This document shows positions 11,365-23,938 of a DNA stretch of 45,653 nt, piece after piece. Below the pieces are notes generated by a model. That model worked only from the letters and a program-made list of their open reading frames with translations. It made no database searches and was not told the origin of the DNA. The stretch's first letter is position 1. Each line of letters begins with the position of its first letter. Both the position numbers and the translations under genes were made by a program. The DNA comes from Kipferlia bialata (taxonomy: Eukaryota), in contig BDIP01000020.1 of assembly GCA_003568945.1 (NCBI GenBank), forward strand, positions 1 through 45,653. The letters are read 5' to 3'.

Positions 11365-12114
11365 TGCCACTTCTTCCACTCCCAGTTCCACAGGTGTGCC
11401 ATGATGGACCCCCACATGGTGGCCCTGGCCGCAGAGCACCCAGAGACACGGTACGGCACATGGAGGGGTGGGGTTGGGGGTGGATGACTACCCACTGTTG
11501 TTCCTTTCTATCCATATATGTATCTTATATATCTCCCCCTTGTCTCTTACCTCACTATCAGCTTCTTCAAGATTGATGTGGAGAAGTCCCCCTTCTTCGT
11601 AGAGAAGCTGGACATCATCGTGCTGCCCACCCTCATCTGCTTCAAGAAGGTATAGTGGACATGTGTAGTGGTTATCCACTACTAATGTACCGAATTTCCA
11701 ATGTGTTCCCGTCACTGCCTTATCCCAGGGCAACGTTGTCAAGCGTTACACCGGGTTCGACGAGTTTGGAGGCCAGGACGACTTCACAAATGGTATGTAG
11801 GGTATCCCTATCCCTCCCTCTCTCTCTCTCTCTCTCTCTCTAGCTCCCCCCCCCCCCCCCACCCCAGACCTGATTGAGGAGGCCTTGTTCAGAGCAGACA
11901 TGATCTCTGAGACATACCAGATGAAGAAGAACGTGAGTGGACAGTGTCTATAGTCTATAGTGTATATATAGTGGGTGATGTCACACATGTATGTATATAT
12001 GTATATATATATATTAAATAATATATGCCTACTCACCCCCAGAGGAAGAAGAAGGGCCGCAGCACTGTGTTTGGGTATGAGGAGAGTGAGGAGGAGGACA
12101 TCTACGAGGACTAG
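11365..12114 (+). CDS. TXNDC9: Phosducin-like protein 3 / thioredoxin domain-containing protein 9 homolog, N-terminus missing
   Basis: Five exons give CHFFHSQFHRCAMMDPHMVALAAEHPETRFFKIDVEKSPFFVEKLDIIVLPTLICFKKGNVVKRYTGFDEFGGQDDFTNDLIEEAL...EESEEEDIYED*, matching PhLP3 motifs CHFY...RC.IMD.H, APFLVEKL.I.VLP and GF.ELGG.DDF. Confidence 0.88.
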
Positions 12115-12679
12115 GTGGCCCATACCCTGGTAGCATGTGTGTATATCATGCGTGGTGCAATGAGGGTCGGGGAGAGACATCGCTGGGACTGGTACTCCCA
12201 GGCGGTGGATATATCGTGTCTATAGAACCCATGGGTTTCTATCATCCACACAGGGTGGAGATGGTAGGCATGTGACATGAGAGGGAGAGAGGGTGTACAA
12301 TAGATTAGACAGGCCGAGTGTATGGAGAGTGTACACACGGCCCAGAATATATTAAGATATTTTATATGGTATGCAATGCATCCCGTCAACGTTGATTCAT
12401 CTATTGAACACCTGTCGCAACCCTTAACCTGACACTCTATGCAAAGAGTCCAGTGTCAGCGACATGTCTATAACCATACCCCTGATTCCGACTGAGTGTA
12501 ACCAAAAGACAGCTATCAGTCGCTGCGGCTACACTCTAACAACTAAATACACTAACCCCCAACCTGTGCCAACTCTGTGTACAATATGGCATACCCCACA
12601 TACAGACTATGTATCCATAATGCGGGTACATAGTGGTGTAAACACCCAGGCATCTCTACCATCCAGGCATCTCTATCCT

Positions 12680-15600
12680 CTAGGGATCGAACCCCCAGAG
12701 CTCCAGTTCGGCCACGGTGAACTTGGAACGGTGGTCCTGGGGTGAATAGAGGGGGTGGGAAGGCATACCCAGAGACAGTCATATGTGCAGTGCTGGAATG
12801 TATACATAGACTCATGTGTATCCATACCTGCCCGTCTATGAGGGACATGCTGTTGAAGGTGTCACATGCCGATGTGGTGCCGGTGTTGGTGCCGGTGAGC
12901 CCATTGATCTTGATGGCAAAGCCCCCCCCTCCCCCGATGGCCAGATAGTCCTGGGGGTCAGGGGAGGGAGGCATGATTGTATATAGCCACTGATGAACAC
13001 AGGACGGTATATATATATATATATTGGTATATATCAGTGTCCCAGTCATACCTTGCCGCACAGTTGGAAGAACCTGTCCTTGCCACTCCAGGTGTGGACC
13101 TGGAGGTGAGGAGAGGGTGGGGGGAAGACACAGATATATACATATACATTCATATAGCCCACGCACTCCCCCCACCTTTGCCGAGGGATGTGCACTGAAC
13201 ACAAATGAGGCCGGGGACCCAAAGGGCTTGGCATACACGTTCTTGCCAGAGTATGGCTGCCAGATGCCTATCGGTGAGGGGGGATAGATACCACATGGGG
13301 TGATGGGGCGAAAGACGAGGTTTCATTCCCAATACTACACAGAGAGACTCTATTCTTCCCACCTGTTGTGAATCCCCCCATGATCTCCCCTCTGCTTGTC
13401 TTGATCAGCATCACAGTCCCAGTGCGGTTGTCCCCAATAGAATCAGCTGGGGGTAAGAGGGGGGGGGGGGTAGAAGCATTCAACATCACGAGTGTACACC
13501 ATCCCGCACCTGAGTTATCCGTGGATGTTCTCTGCCCCTGCCTCTCTGCCACGCATCGGTACATGCTGGCCAGGCTACTCCCATGGGTGTGGGTGGCGTA
13601 TATCAGGGACCAGCTGCGGTTGGGGAGGAGTCCTGCAGGGTGAGAAGCGGGTAGCAAACTGATGAGACATATCATACATATATATATCAGCCCACGAATG
13701 ACACCGAGTGATATCCCACCCCACCCCACCTGGGAGGTATCTCTGCACCAGCCGCAGTGCCTCTGGGCTGAGTATACTGGATGTGACAGAGGGGTCTGAG
13801 AAGGACACCTTGCGCAGCATGGCCTAGGTGAGGGGGGGGGGGGGGTTAGATGGATGACAGAGGCATATATGAAAGATGGCAATCTACAATACACACCTGG
13901 TTGGAGGGCCTCCTAAGACTCTCCCCCTTGGCTGCTGCCTTGACTCTCTCTCTCTCCCTCTCTGTCTCACCCTCAGAGGGTGAGGCCTGGGGGTTAGCAG
14001 AATAGACGTGATACGAGTGGACTCTCTAACACACACTCCAACCCACTGTACCTTGTCCCCCCGTCTCTCCCTGGCCCTCTTGTCAATCTCCCTCTGCTCG
14101 TGGTTGATCATGACCTAAGGTGAGGGATATGGCAGTATATATCTAATGGTATACAACAATGATGACCCCTATCCCCTGTCCATTCAATACACCCCATCCC
14201 CGTACCCTGTGGAATGCCTCCTCAATAATCTCATTGTCAGCTGGGTCCACACCCCTGGGGGTCAGGCACAGGATATTGTGTATATATAGCACACCTCCCA
14301 GTCCCAATGTGTGTATATATAGATATATAATGCTATTTACACCCATGCACCCAGTACCTATGCATGCAGTCAGCCCCGTGGATCAGCTCAATCAGAGCCT
14401 CATCCACCACAGAACGGGCAGCATACCTAGGGGGTCAGAGAACACACGTGCCAATGAGAGGGGGAGACATGACTTGCTAGCACCGATGCATCCTGCCGAA
14501 AACAGTACGTATATGTGATGAATACTGTACATACGGAATGTATATACACAGTAGACATGCCGCACCTCCTGGCCTCCTGTGCCACGTCGTCTATGTCTGC
14601 AGGCACACTCTGCTGTATCACATGGTGGCCCAGATTGGACTGGTAGGTGGAGGAGCTCCTGGGGTGGGGGGGGGGCATAGGGAGAGAAGTAGAGAGAGAG
14701 ACTAGACGCAGTACATATATCACATACCTCTGTCCGTAGTAGTAGTCCTTGACATCGTATGCATGCACCACATGGTGAGAGGATATGCCTGGGGTGAGGG
14801 AGAGGGACAATATACTTGACACTACGAGAGATATGCAGCACCCTCACCCGATGGGACCACCAGGGTGAGGCTGTCCAGCCAGTGTGAGGGGTAGTCGTGG
14901 GAGGTGGGGGCGGGGGGGAGGGGGGCTGGGGTTAATATGACGAGGTAGAGAGAGTGTATGCATTTGACAATGGGTTTCTAGTACCCCTACCTCCGTGTGC
15001 GTTCCCCTGTATGATGAGGCCTGGGAGGGGAGACGCCTCCTCTCTCTCGACCTTGTACTGTCTGCGGCCTGGACATTAGAACACTGCCACACAGTGTATC
15101 ACCATACAGTGTATCAGCATGCACTGCCAGACCCCCACCTGTCTGACTCCGTCTCCTGAGGGTCTTGTACAGAGCCAGCTCTCTCTTCTGCTTCTGGGTC
15201 AGTCCCACCGTAGGTATGCTGGGTGAGGAGAGGGGGGGGGGAGAGAGAGAGTAAGAGGAGACATGCAGTGATGGGGGGATACCTGGGGTTGTGGTGCCTG
15301 AACACATACTGGGTCTCTGTCTCCCTGTCTCCCTCCCTCTCCCCCTCATGTGACATGGAACTGGCCCTGGCCCTACCCCCAGAGGGGTGGGTGTCACTCG
15401 ACACAGAGCGCTTGTGCCTGGGTGAGCGGAGGACATCTATAACACTGGAGGTATAGAGATATGGGCTACATATGAGTACCCCTACCTGTACACAAGGTGT
15501 CTGGCGTCCACCAGTTCATCACAGTATGCAGGGGGGTGGAAGTGGGAGGGGGTGGGGGACGGGTCGGCGCTGGCAATCTCCGCTGGGGGGTGAGTGAGTA

Positions 15601-18600
15601 TGTGGGTGATGACAGAGTACACGTCATGAGACTATGTATCCATGCACCCCTACCTCTGAGCCTGGCTGTCTGGGGTGACCCCACCGATGCCACCGTCTCT
15701 GTCTGGAAGGAGGGTCTGAGGGGGAAGGACGTGTCTGGGGGTGAGGGAAGGGGGGGACAGGGGGGATGTGGCAGCAGCGTAGGATGTACTGTAGGTGCTA
15801 TATCCACATAACATGACCCACCCCCCCCCTACCTGCTGTGTCTGTCAGGGGTAGGGGTGTCTGGGGGTGGTTGGGGGTGGGGGCCTTCGTGTCAGAGGGC
15901 GTCTCCCCTGACACCCTGGTGTTGTCGAGGGTGTCAACGCCTGGGTAAGGAAGACGGTGATGTACATGCATATATACTGATACACTTGCACCCCTCCCCC
16001 ACCTGTCCTGTGTCTGACATACTCAAAGCTCAGGCGTCTGTAAGGGGATGCCTGGTCATCTGTACTGGCCCTGTGCATCCTAGGTACATGGGTGTCCCCC
16101 TCCCCCTCCCCCTCGGTGTCTGTGAAGGAGTCGAAGGAGAAGGACTCACTCCCAGACGTGATGCCAAGCAGGTACTGGTCGTCAGAGTCGCCCTCCCTGT
16201 CGCTGTCACATGCACTGGCAGGCTCTGACTGGGGACTGTGAGGGGGGGCACTGGCGGTGAGACACACAACCAGACTGGCACATACAGTACACATATGTAC
16301 ATAAATACACATACTATCATAGTATCCATGCACATAGTATATACCCCCCACCTGAACAGACCCACTGCCATCCTGAGTGCACTCAGTCTGTGGGCCTGTC
16401 TCTGGGCACTGGCAGAGTGGTCCAGACGCAGGTGGCGCTTCCTGAAGTGTCAGGGACTAAATATTGGTACTCACACATGTGCCAGGTATTGACGCCACCA
16501 GCCCCTTGTCCATCTCCATCATGTGTATCAGTATCTATCTGCATCCCCCACCTTGACACCGTCCTGAGGAGTAGGGCCGCATAGAAGGCCTCGACCCTCC
16601 TCTTGGGGGCTGCAAAGAGAAGGCTCGTATTGGTCTGGGAGTGAGACATCAGACATAAAGATAAGGGTGTACAATACACCACATGAATCCATCAGCACCC
16701 CACCTTAGCGTCTGCCTTCCCCTCTCCCTTCACAATGATACCCAGGTATGCAATGGGGTCACCGTCCCTGCGGTAAGGGGGGGGGGAGGGGGGTTAGAGG
16801 GAATCTATGTCATTTCTAAGAGAGAGAGAGAGACTCTGTCACCTGAGGCCAAACAGGGCCAACAGGCTGGGACTGACGCTGAGGAGGGGATTCTTGTACA
16901 CATCGAGCAGGAACTTCCTGGACAGATGAGACAGACAGAGAGAGAGAGAGAGAGAGAGAGCGAGGTAGAGGGGTGGCAATGGAAGGGGTATACACACACA
17001 CACACACACACCTCATAGCGGATAGGGACAGCACCGGTATGGACCGTCTGTCCATCTTGCCCTCTCCCTCCCCGTGTGCCTTCTTCTCCTTCCTCTTGTC
17101 CTGACTGTCAGGGTGCATACACTCAAGCACACCAAAGACTATACATAATAGTAAGTACCCCCACTGATACATGTACCTTGGCCTGTGCCCTGGTCTGGGT
17201 CTTGGTCTGTGTCTTTAGGGCAGACAGGGGAACGGGGGCACCCACCCCAGGCATGCTGCGGCCTAAGGGGTCAGAGGGTGGGAGGGTGGTGAGAGACAGA
17301 TATATATAGAGAGAGAGCACCCACCGACCACTGCCATGGCAGCACACACGGTCAACAGGTCCAGAGGGGGGTACGGGGTGGAGGAGGTGGAGTGCAGGAT
17401 GGCACTGCGCCTGGAAGTTAGATAGGGACAGAGAGGATGGATGACTTGGTGCTACCAGTAGAGACACGCATCCTACTGACATTGACATATATAACTGTTT
17501 TAATAGCAACAGAAGGGGCTCCCTGCTACCTGATCTTGGCCGGGTCGATACTCAAGGTCATGTTGCGGGGGCCCTCGGCTCTCACTCTGGAGTAAGAAAG
17601 AGGTCAATATGCAGTCACGTATGTTACCAGACAGGAAGGAAAGAGTCTCTGTCCCAGTATCGTGAATACAAATCCGACACGCATCAGGCTTGAGGTGGCT
17701 ACCTGGGGTCCCCTGTCTCTGGGTGGAATGCCACTCTAGAGGGGGCTAGGGACAGAGAGCCCCTGCAGTCAGACCTAGCGAGAGACACACACTCATACAA
17801 GTATACCCAATCCAACACCACACCACACCCACCCACCTGACGTATGACCCGTCTGGGAGTGCCCTGAGACAGAGCAGGGACCGGCCCTGGGGTGGGAGGA
17901 GTGGGGTGTATACTATGAGGGAACGGTAGCAACATGTGAGACCCATATGTGGTATACAATATACAATGTGCTCCCAGCACATATCGGCACCCATACTCCA
18001 GATGTATCAGGTGTATAGCATATGTATCTATATATATATATATGCACACACACCCACCTCCGATGCCTCCGAGGCCTCTGAGAGTTCAGACCTAGGGGCA
18101 GGGCGGTGTCTAGACCCCCTGGCCCCTGTGTCTCTGGGAGGCATGGTAGACCTAGACAGCTGGGGGTGGGGGAGAGAGAATGACAACACTATGTAGAACA
18201 ATATATACACAGATAGACCCACCTTTGAGGCTGTGCCCCCAGTCACAGACACCTTGGGGGAGGGGGGGGTGAATTCGGCACCAAAGATCTGGGGGTCAGT
18301 CACATGTACAACCCAAGAGCCTAAGGATAACTATACAACCATATTCACACCATTTCCTGACCCCACCTGTCTCTGCTGGGCGCTGGGGGAGGGGGGTCTG
18401 GATGTGTACTGGGGTATGGTCAGCACCATGCCGGGTCTCACCTGTAACATCAGACAGAGGGGGAGTAAAGGGGACAGAGAGAGTCAGAAAGCAACTCAAG
18501 TCAGGGAACCCACCTGCCCTCTGATATCGTTGACCCTTCTGATGAGATAGGCAGGTATCCCTGGGTACTGGAGGGCTATGGTGTGGAGGCTCTCCCCAAA

Positions 18601-19973
18601 CCCAACCTGACAGTGAGGGTAGGGGCAGTCCATATTATGCATAGATCACATGAACCATATACCAATACGACAGCGTGTCAACAATTGCCGTTACCTCATG
18701 TACGACCTCAGACCCTGTGTCTCTCTCTCTCCTTCTATCTCCCATCCCCTCGGTCCCCTCACTCTCAATCCTCAGGCCAGGCAGTCTACCTGCCTCTCCT
18801 TCTCTCTCTCTCTCTCCTGCTGCACTGCCACTCTCTCTCTCCCCCTGACCCTCCGTAGGTAGTCCAACACTACTAGCACTGGTTCCAGAGAGAGTGAACT
18901 CTGTTGGTCTATCTGCACCAACCTAGGGTGAGTGGTTGTGGGGTACCTATGCATTTCTATACACACACACCTCCACTGCACTGTCTACCAATGATGGGTC
19001 TGTCAGCACATTGATCACAGCGGAGGAGTGGCCTGGGGGGAGGGGGGGGAGGGAGAGATGGACAGCAATACAGGGAATATCTCAGACATATCCACCCTAC
19101 ACATGCACTTCAGACACGCATACACACACTCTCACACGCACCTTGTTCGAAGCACACCTTAGGCGGGACGGGCTTGGGGGCCTCGCCCTTGCCTGGGATG
19201 AGACAAGAAACGTTAAGAGAAAGAGAGAGGTAGTGAGTGGGTCAGATACGCACTCGGTGTCCTGTGGAATGAGAATCCTCTCTTGACCTCTCTCTCTCTC
19301 TCTCCCTTGGGTCTAGGGGTCTGGCCGGAGGAGGGGCGGCTAGAGCTGGGGGGTGAGGGCATGGGCAGATAGATACACACGGGACTATGGAATAGACTCT
19401 AGATAGGGTTGATAGAGTGGTGTATATACAGGGATACATCCCAAGGCAGCAGATACGCCACAGTTTATGGGTGTGCATACCTAGGGGACTTGTCCGATGG
19501 AGAAGGCACATCACTGAGGTGGGAGGGGGAGAGGGAGGCATAGATGGAACGTCTCAATGGAATACACTTTACATACCACGTGTGTATGATATACACACAT
19601 ATACAAATACACCTCACGGCCGGCGTATATAGGTACGCGGGGGAGATGGTTCGTGATGCATAGTACATGTCAAGTGGGCATATACAGTACTGAGCGGTCT
19701 AGCGTACAACCAAATACAACAACATATATGGTAACCAATGAGAGGAACACATTAACCCATATGTACGATGCCATACACTATACTTAACCCACAACACTCC
19801 GGTAAACATGGGGGAAGTCTTCATAGACCATCAATCCGTGTATATGATGTATAGAGTATAGACACTTCAAATACCCACCTGATACACACATCGTCTGCGG
19901 GTCCTGGCTCCGTGACTCCAGGGGATGTCAGTTGCATCGCAGGGTGCTTGGGCACCGTAGGTGTCTTCTGCAT
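12680..19973 (-). CDS. OXR1: OXR1/NCOA7-like LysM + GRAM-like + TLDc protein, many short exons; start uncertain
   Basis: LysM at about 18410-18710: VVHE/VGFGESLHTIALQYPGIPAYLIRRVNDIRGQ/VRPGMVLTIP. GRAM-like: DCRGSLSLAPSRVAFHPETGDPRVRAEG and LLFAAPKRRVEAFY. TLDc: WSLIYATHTHGSSLASMY, VMLIKTSRGEIMGGF, FGSPASFVF, YLAIGGGGGFAIKI, TSACDTFNS, FTVAELELWGFDP* (stop 12680-12682). Confidence 0.8.
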
Positions 19974-20403
19974 TCTCTCTCTCTCTCCCTCTCCCTCTCT
20001 CCCTCTCAGTCACAGGCACTGACCCTTCGTGCCCTCTCCCCTCTCTGCCTCTCCTGATATGTACGGCAAGTGTCTTACCCAGTCTCACTCTCCACTACTT
20101 CTCACCACTATCCAGCACCACTATGGCTACCAATAGATCTCCTCTGACTAGAGAGAGTGGCAGTGCATCACACTTGGTCCAAGGGGATGTACCATTGAAA
20201 CGATAGGCACTGAAAAGTCTCTCTGGGCTTCTGCAGTGTTTGCTGTTCTATCCCGGCCTACTTGTTGTTGTCCCACCCACCCTATGACCAGATAGCATAC
20301 CACATCTCTCCGTATCTAATCTTTATATAGAGAGGTAGGGCTTGAGTCCAGTCTTGGGAGGACCCTAAGAGACAGGGGGTAGACTGAGTGGAGGAGAGAG
20401 TAG

Positions 20404-21760
20404 ATGCCCACCCTGTATCAGCGATGGCTGTTTGCGCTGTTCAGCGATAGATTCAATTACTTCAAGGTGGGTTTAGTATGTGGTGTGTTCTATTCTTTCT
20501 CTCTCTGTCTCACTCTTGACCATACCCTATCACTCCCCAATGTGTATTGTCACACCCATATGTCCCACGTACTCTCTTATCTCTCCCTTCCCCCCCCCCC
20601 CCTCTCTCATATGTCTCTCACTGTCAGGCCCACTTCTACTGGTACATATTCCTGGCCTTGGCGCTAGGTATGGTGTGTGCCACTCTACCCTCTTCTAGCT
20701 GAGAGTAGGTTGCTCTCCCTATGTTGCATTGTAGTGATAACTCCCCATCCCACCCTATTCTGACCCTAGGGTCTGTATTGTTCCTGCTCGAGAGGTCCAA
20801 CCCCCTCAGCAATAGTACCTGGCTGGACAGTGTGTTCCACGTCACAAGGTATCTATAGTATATATATATATAGTATATATATATGTATATATATATATAT
20901 ATGTATATATATCTATAGTATGGACAGTGTGTTCCTCAGGGTCACTCTTGATATGTATGGTCCCAGACATTATCAATATATCTGCATGAGTCTGTACCCC
21001 TTTAGCCCATCCCCCCCCACCCCCAGTGGCCTGTGTGAGACAGGCCTCACTGTCGACAACTTCTCAGCATTCAGACTGTCCAGCCAGGTGGGGAGGGCAG
21101 TACATGTGTGCGGTATTTTGACATGTGAAGATACATACGTTACCCTCCAGAGTCATCACTGGGTGTTGTCGTCTATCTGATGGGTGTCCCCCAGCCTCTG
21201 TTATTATTATATCCCTGCCCCACCCCAGGTCGTTGTGATCCTAGCTGTCCAGCTGGGCAGTCCTGTCATGATGAGTGTCATGCCCCTGTGCATCAGGTAT
21301 AGTATGTGTATATGTATATTTATTGTGTGGAGGGTCCAGTGTCTCTGTACCCCCTCTAATACCCGAGGCGGTGGTGCATCATGGTGAAGCACAGTGCTAA
21401 GGAGAGAGCACGGGCTATGATGGAGAGGGAGAGAGAGAGAGAGGCAGAGAGGGCAGAGGACGCAGCTAGTGAGATAGAGAGAGAGAAGGAGAGGCAGAGA
21501 GGTGGGGAGGATGATAACGGAGTTGTGTCATCTCCCCCGTCCCCATATGAGACCAGTAGGCCTGGTGGTGCCTCTCGATATGAATATATGTCCCACCCCC
21601 CAGATGGGGAGGGGGGGAGGGGGGGAGAGAGCTATGCAGAGTGGCAGCGGGAGAGGATGCACGAGATAGCGATGGCAAGACGGTGGCACAAGGAGAGGGA
21701 GAGAGAGAGAGACCTCTGGACCATAAGTGGCATGGTCAGACGCATAAGGGCCAGTGTCAG
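20404..21760 (+). CDS. Trk/HKT family cation (K+) transporter; only first MPM module and following loop present
   Basis: Six exons give NYFKAHFYWYIFLALALGSVLFLLERSNPLSNSTWLDSVFHVTSGLCETGLTVDNFSAFRLSSQVVVILAVQLGSPVMMSVMPLCIRRW, then a charged loop. Resembles the fungal Trk1/plant HKT N-terminus (HY.Y; YID.LF...A.T..GL..V; Q.V). Confidence 0.8.
20858..20915. repeat. Intronic (AT)n microsatellite, representative of many intronic (AT)n, (CT)n and (CA)n tracts
   Basis: Directly visible; other examples are (CT)n at 599-624, 836-861, 11817-11841 and (AT)n at 5188-5218. Confidence 0.9.
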
Positions 21761-21817
21761 GTATGCTAATTGTTGTCACCAGACAATTCCCTAGCATTCT
21801 ACTATCTCTCTCTCTCT

Positions 21818-21878
21818 CCCCCCCCCCCCCCCCCCCCCCCCCCCCACCCCCCCCCCCCCCCCCCCCCCCCGCCCCCCC

Positions 21879-21909
<31 letters not shown>
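21818..21909. repeat. About 92-nt near-pure poly-C tract in an intron
   Basis: C run interrupted only at 21846, 21871 and 21879. Shorter runs at 6401-6419, 23903-23935 and 45608-45653. Confidence 0.95.
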
Positions 21910-22229
21910 ATTCTCTCTGTCTTACTCACACCAGTTCCTTTCCGTCTCTCTCTATCTCAGTCAGTGGAACAGAAAGTCATCTTCTGGCCTCCTCCTCCTC
22001 CATTCAGTTGCAGGTGAGACTCAGTAATGAATAGAAATAATACATAATACCTGCCTGAATTGCAATACTTGTCTTTATGTATCTCCTCTCTGAGTACTCA
22101 TCCCATGGTGTTTCTCCTCTTTCTCACTCTCTGTCTCATACATACACACACATATATATATATACCTATGTGTATGTTTACTTACCCAAGAGTGTTCAGT
22201 CCTGATAAGACTCTGTTGCAGAGAGAGAG

Positions 22230-23435
22230 ATGAATAGGATCAAGTGGGAAGAGAGAATGAGGGAGAGAGACAGGGAGAAGTGCACAGTTGAAGAGTGGAG
22301 CATCAAACACCCCTTACAGTGTGATGTGACCCTGCCCCCTTTCAACGCATGGGTGGCTGTGAGTGAGACGCAGAGCCTGGCCCTGCCTAGTGGGTGTATG
22401 TACACACTGCTGTCAGACGGAAACATATCAAAGGTATGTGACTCTTTATCTATGATAGAACTGTCAAGCTCGTACTGGGTATCATATAGGGGAATATGAA
22501 TATATATCGATACTATGAGTACATCTCTCTCTTCAATATATACTATAGACCAACTGAATCTCACTCAGGTCATCATAGATGTCCCAGACAGTATCCAGAA
22601 TGATCTCAAGAGGGAGCTCCGTCTCTTCAGCCTTGAGGACAGGGTATATGTACAGGGTACTCTCGACCTGCACTGTCTGTCCTTGGACACACTCACCTGG
22701 CGCCTAGTATCCCATCGCAAGTTCCCCTTCTGCGGCACAAAGACCCACTTTGTCCTGGACGGCCAACTGTACGCGATACGGTATTGCCTTCTCGACCCAA
22801 ACGTACCCGAGTTGAAGTATGGCCGCTTTGAAACAGTGAGGCTAGACCCAGAGAGAGAGGAGGACGGGTGGGTTGCACTTGAGGGCCGAAAGAGGTTCTG
22901 GCCCAAGCATAAAGGTGCCCTGGCGGCGGTAGTGGGGTCCTCTGCATACACATTTGACAGACACGGCTATCTGTGGCGGTTCAACACAAAGGAGGGGTGG
23001 GTCCACTTGCACTTCCCTCAGCTGCTAGCCCCCTATGAGTTCTTTAGAAGTGGGCACAAGAGAAGGATCATGCGGCTGTCTGAGTGGGTGGAGAGCGACT
23101 TGATGCTCCACATAGGCCCAACTGTACTCTTACCAGTAGGGCGGTGTCTACTCATCCTCATTTCTCGGCGTCCCAAATTCAACGACAGGGCTATATTTAC
23201 CAGAGTGTTGGTGTATGACACTGTGCGCGGTTCAGTTAGGAACCTGGGAGTGTTGAGGCGACTTGACGTTCTGAACGGAGCTCTCTTCTTCAAGGGGAGT
23301 GTTGTTTCTCTCCACCGTCCATACGGGTCTGTGCACAGTGTGTCTGTGATAGGACCTGGGTATGCCTATCCAGAGGAGGATATGCGGTGGGCAGACGAGG
23401 ATGAGGGGGCTGTTACGCTAAGAGAGGAGATATGA
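22230..23435 (+). CDS. Divergent Kelch-like beta-propeller protein
   Basis: ATG 22230 with an in-frame stop just upstream; one intron 22434-22568; blade-like segments LFSLEDRVYVQG..LHCLSLDTLTW, HFVLDGQLYAI, AAVVGSSAYTF..LWRFNTKEGW, LLPVGRCLLIL..VLVYDTVRGS; ends YAYPEEDMRWADEDE. Confidence 0.7.
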
Positions 23436-23646
23436 TTACCATATTAATATAGCACAATGGATTCAACTGCACTATTTGGAGGATATTGTTGTGCCGCTAT
23501 CATCATAAAGTCAATATCGCAGTCATTAGTAGTTGGCGATTTGTAAGTGAGTAAGTGGCATTCCGTGACCACACAGAATCTGTGTTTTTTTTTGGAAAGG
23601 GGTCTAGCCACATCGTATCTTGCTTCAATCAGTGATATGCCTTGAT

Positions 23647-23901
23647 ATGCCTTCTCAGCCGGGACTCAGTCCAAATCGGTAAGTGTGCGTCTATCATTGA
23701 AGAGATGATGTAACGCTGCCGTTGAGGTTTGTATACAAGTGCGGCGTCTTGTCCTGAGTGGCCGGTCCTACGACTCCTTCCCTACTACTACCTCTCTCTC
23801 TCTCTCTCGATATCCCTGTGTACAACTATCCTCGCTCCCATCCTGACCCATTCGGTACCATACACCAGATCTCCTATCCACGACGGTATATCTCATATAT
23901 A

Positions 23902-23938
<37 letters not shown>

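Noticed and set aside
12115..12679. Possible ncRNA or small gene in the longer intergenic gaps (also 31920-32314)
   Set aside because: No tRNA cloverleaf, convincing snoRNA boxes or consistent exon chain visible; an Infernal/Rfam scan would be needed.
19793..19878. Possible non-canonical GT-GG intron near the OXR1-like 5' end
   Set aside because: It gives a neat frame, but alternative canonical splice paths or a single base error explain it equally well; cannot be decided without cDNA.
21754..22027. Poly-proline / poly-glycine ORFs suggesting a formin or extensin
   Set aside because: They are translations of the intronic poly-C tract; the same applies at 6368-6743 and 23729-23986.
21961..23435. 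Trk transporter fused to the Kelch-like domain
   Set aside because: In-frame TAA at 22206-22208 upstream of the Kelch ATG and no splice path that keeps the frame open.
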